From Lobosporangium transversale (lineage: Eukaryota): DNA of 64,000 bases. The position numbers and the translations under genes are program-made. This document shows, in pieces, positions 63,661 through 64,000 of the stretch. Numbering within the stretch: the stretch's first letter is position 1; each line of letters begins with the position of its first letter. Under the pieces are notes generated by a model, which saw nothing but the letters and a program-made list of their open reading frames with translations, was not told where the DNA came from and did no database searches. Location: NCBI RefSeq assembly GCF_002105155.1, contig NW_019028982.1:248001-312000 (forward strand), written 5' to 3'.

Positions 63661-64000
63661 ATGCCTCCGCCTCTTCCATTACCTTCATCCTTCCCAGCTG
63701 CTCCCGAAGTTCTACTTCCGCAACAGGTACGGAAACCGGATACGAATTTACTACAGAGCAGCAACAACAACGACCCTTGGCCAAAAGCTTTTTCTCCCGA
63801 ACTAGAACAAGAACAAACTTTAGACATCAAACAGCAAAATCAGGAATCTTTGTCCCAGCATAAACAACAGCCGTATGAAGAATCACAACAACAGGGGCAA
63901 CAATCTTTTCCTCTCTATCAACATCAGCAACCTTTCATACAACTACCTACTATAATTGCCTCTCCTTCCTCAACACCATCATCGTCGATTATACCCCCTT
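63661..64000 (+). CDS. 5' part of a Pro/Gln-rich protein running off the window
   Basis: gccATG at 63661 opens a frame (MPPPLPLPSSF...SQQQGQQSF...) with no stop to the window end. Confidence 0.6.
   Translation, partial: MPPPLPLPSSFPAAPEVLLPQQVRKPDTNLLQSSNNNDPWPKAFSPELEQEQTLDIKQQNQESLSQHKQQPYEESQQQGQQSFPLYQHQQPFIQLPTIIASPSSTPSSSIIPP

Overview
Intron-containing (GT-AG) fungal genomic DNA. Gene content, intronless F-box/LRR family members and abundant 15-35 nt poly(A)/poly(T) tracts suggest an early-diverging fungus, probably Mortierellaceae (inference). Genes reconstructed by hand from splice sites, in order: Glo3-type ArfGAP (partial), small 4-TM protein, MUG113/T5orf172 GIY-YIG-like protein, acetyl-CoA acetyltransferase ending in a PTS1 (-AKL), ZNFX1/Sad-3/Hrr1-like helicase with NFX1 and RZ fingers, dual hybrid histidine kinase, large protein with a split talin-F0-like ubiquitin fold plus PH domains, three intronless F-box/LRR genes, canonical PARG, CRAL-TRIO protein, 788-aa secreted protein of unknown family with an apparent three-fold internal repeat, an intact PIF/Harbinger transposase-derived gene with a degenerate catalytic site, RPS12 (eS12), and the start of a Q-rich ORF. 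The best novelty leads are the apparently domesticated Harbinger transposase, the unknown secreted repeat protein and the F0-like/PH protein. All family calls come from motif recognition by eye; no searches were run.
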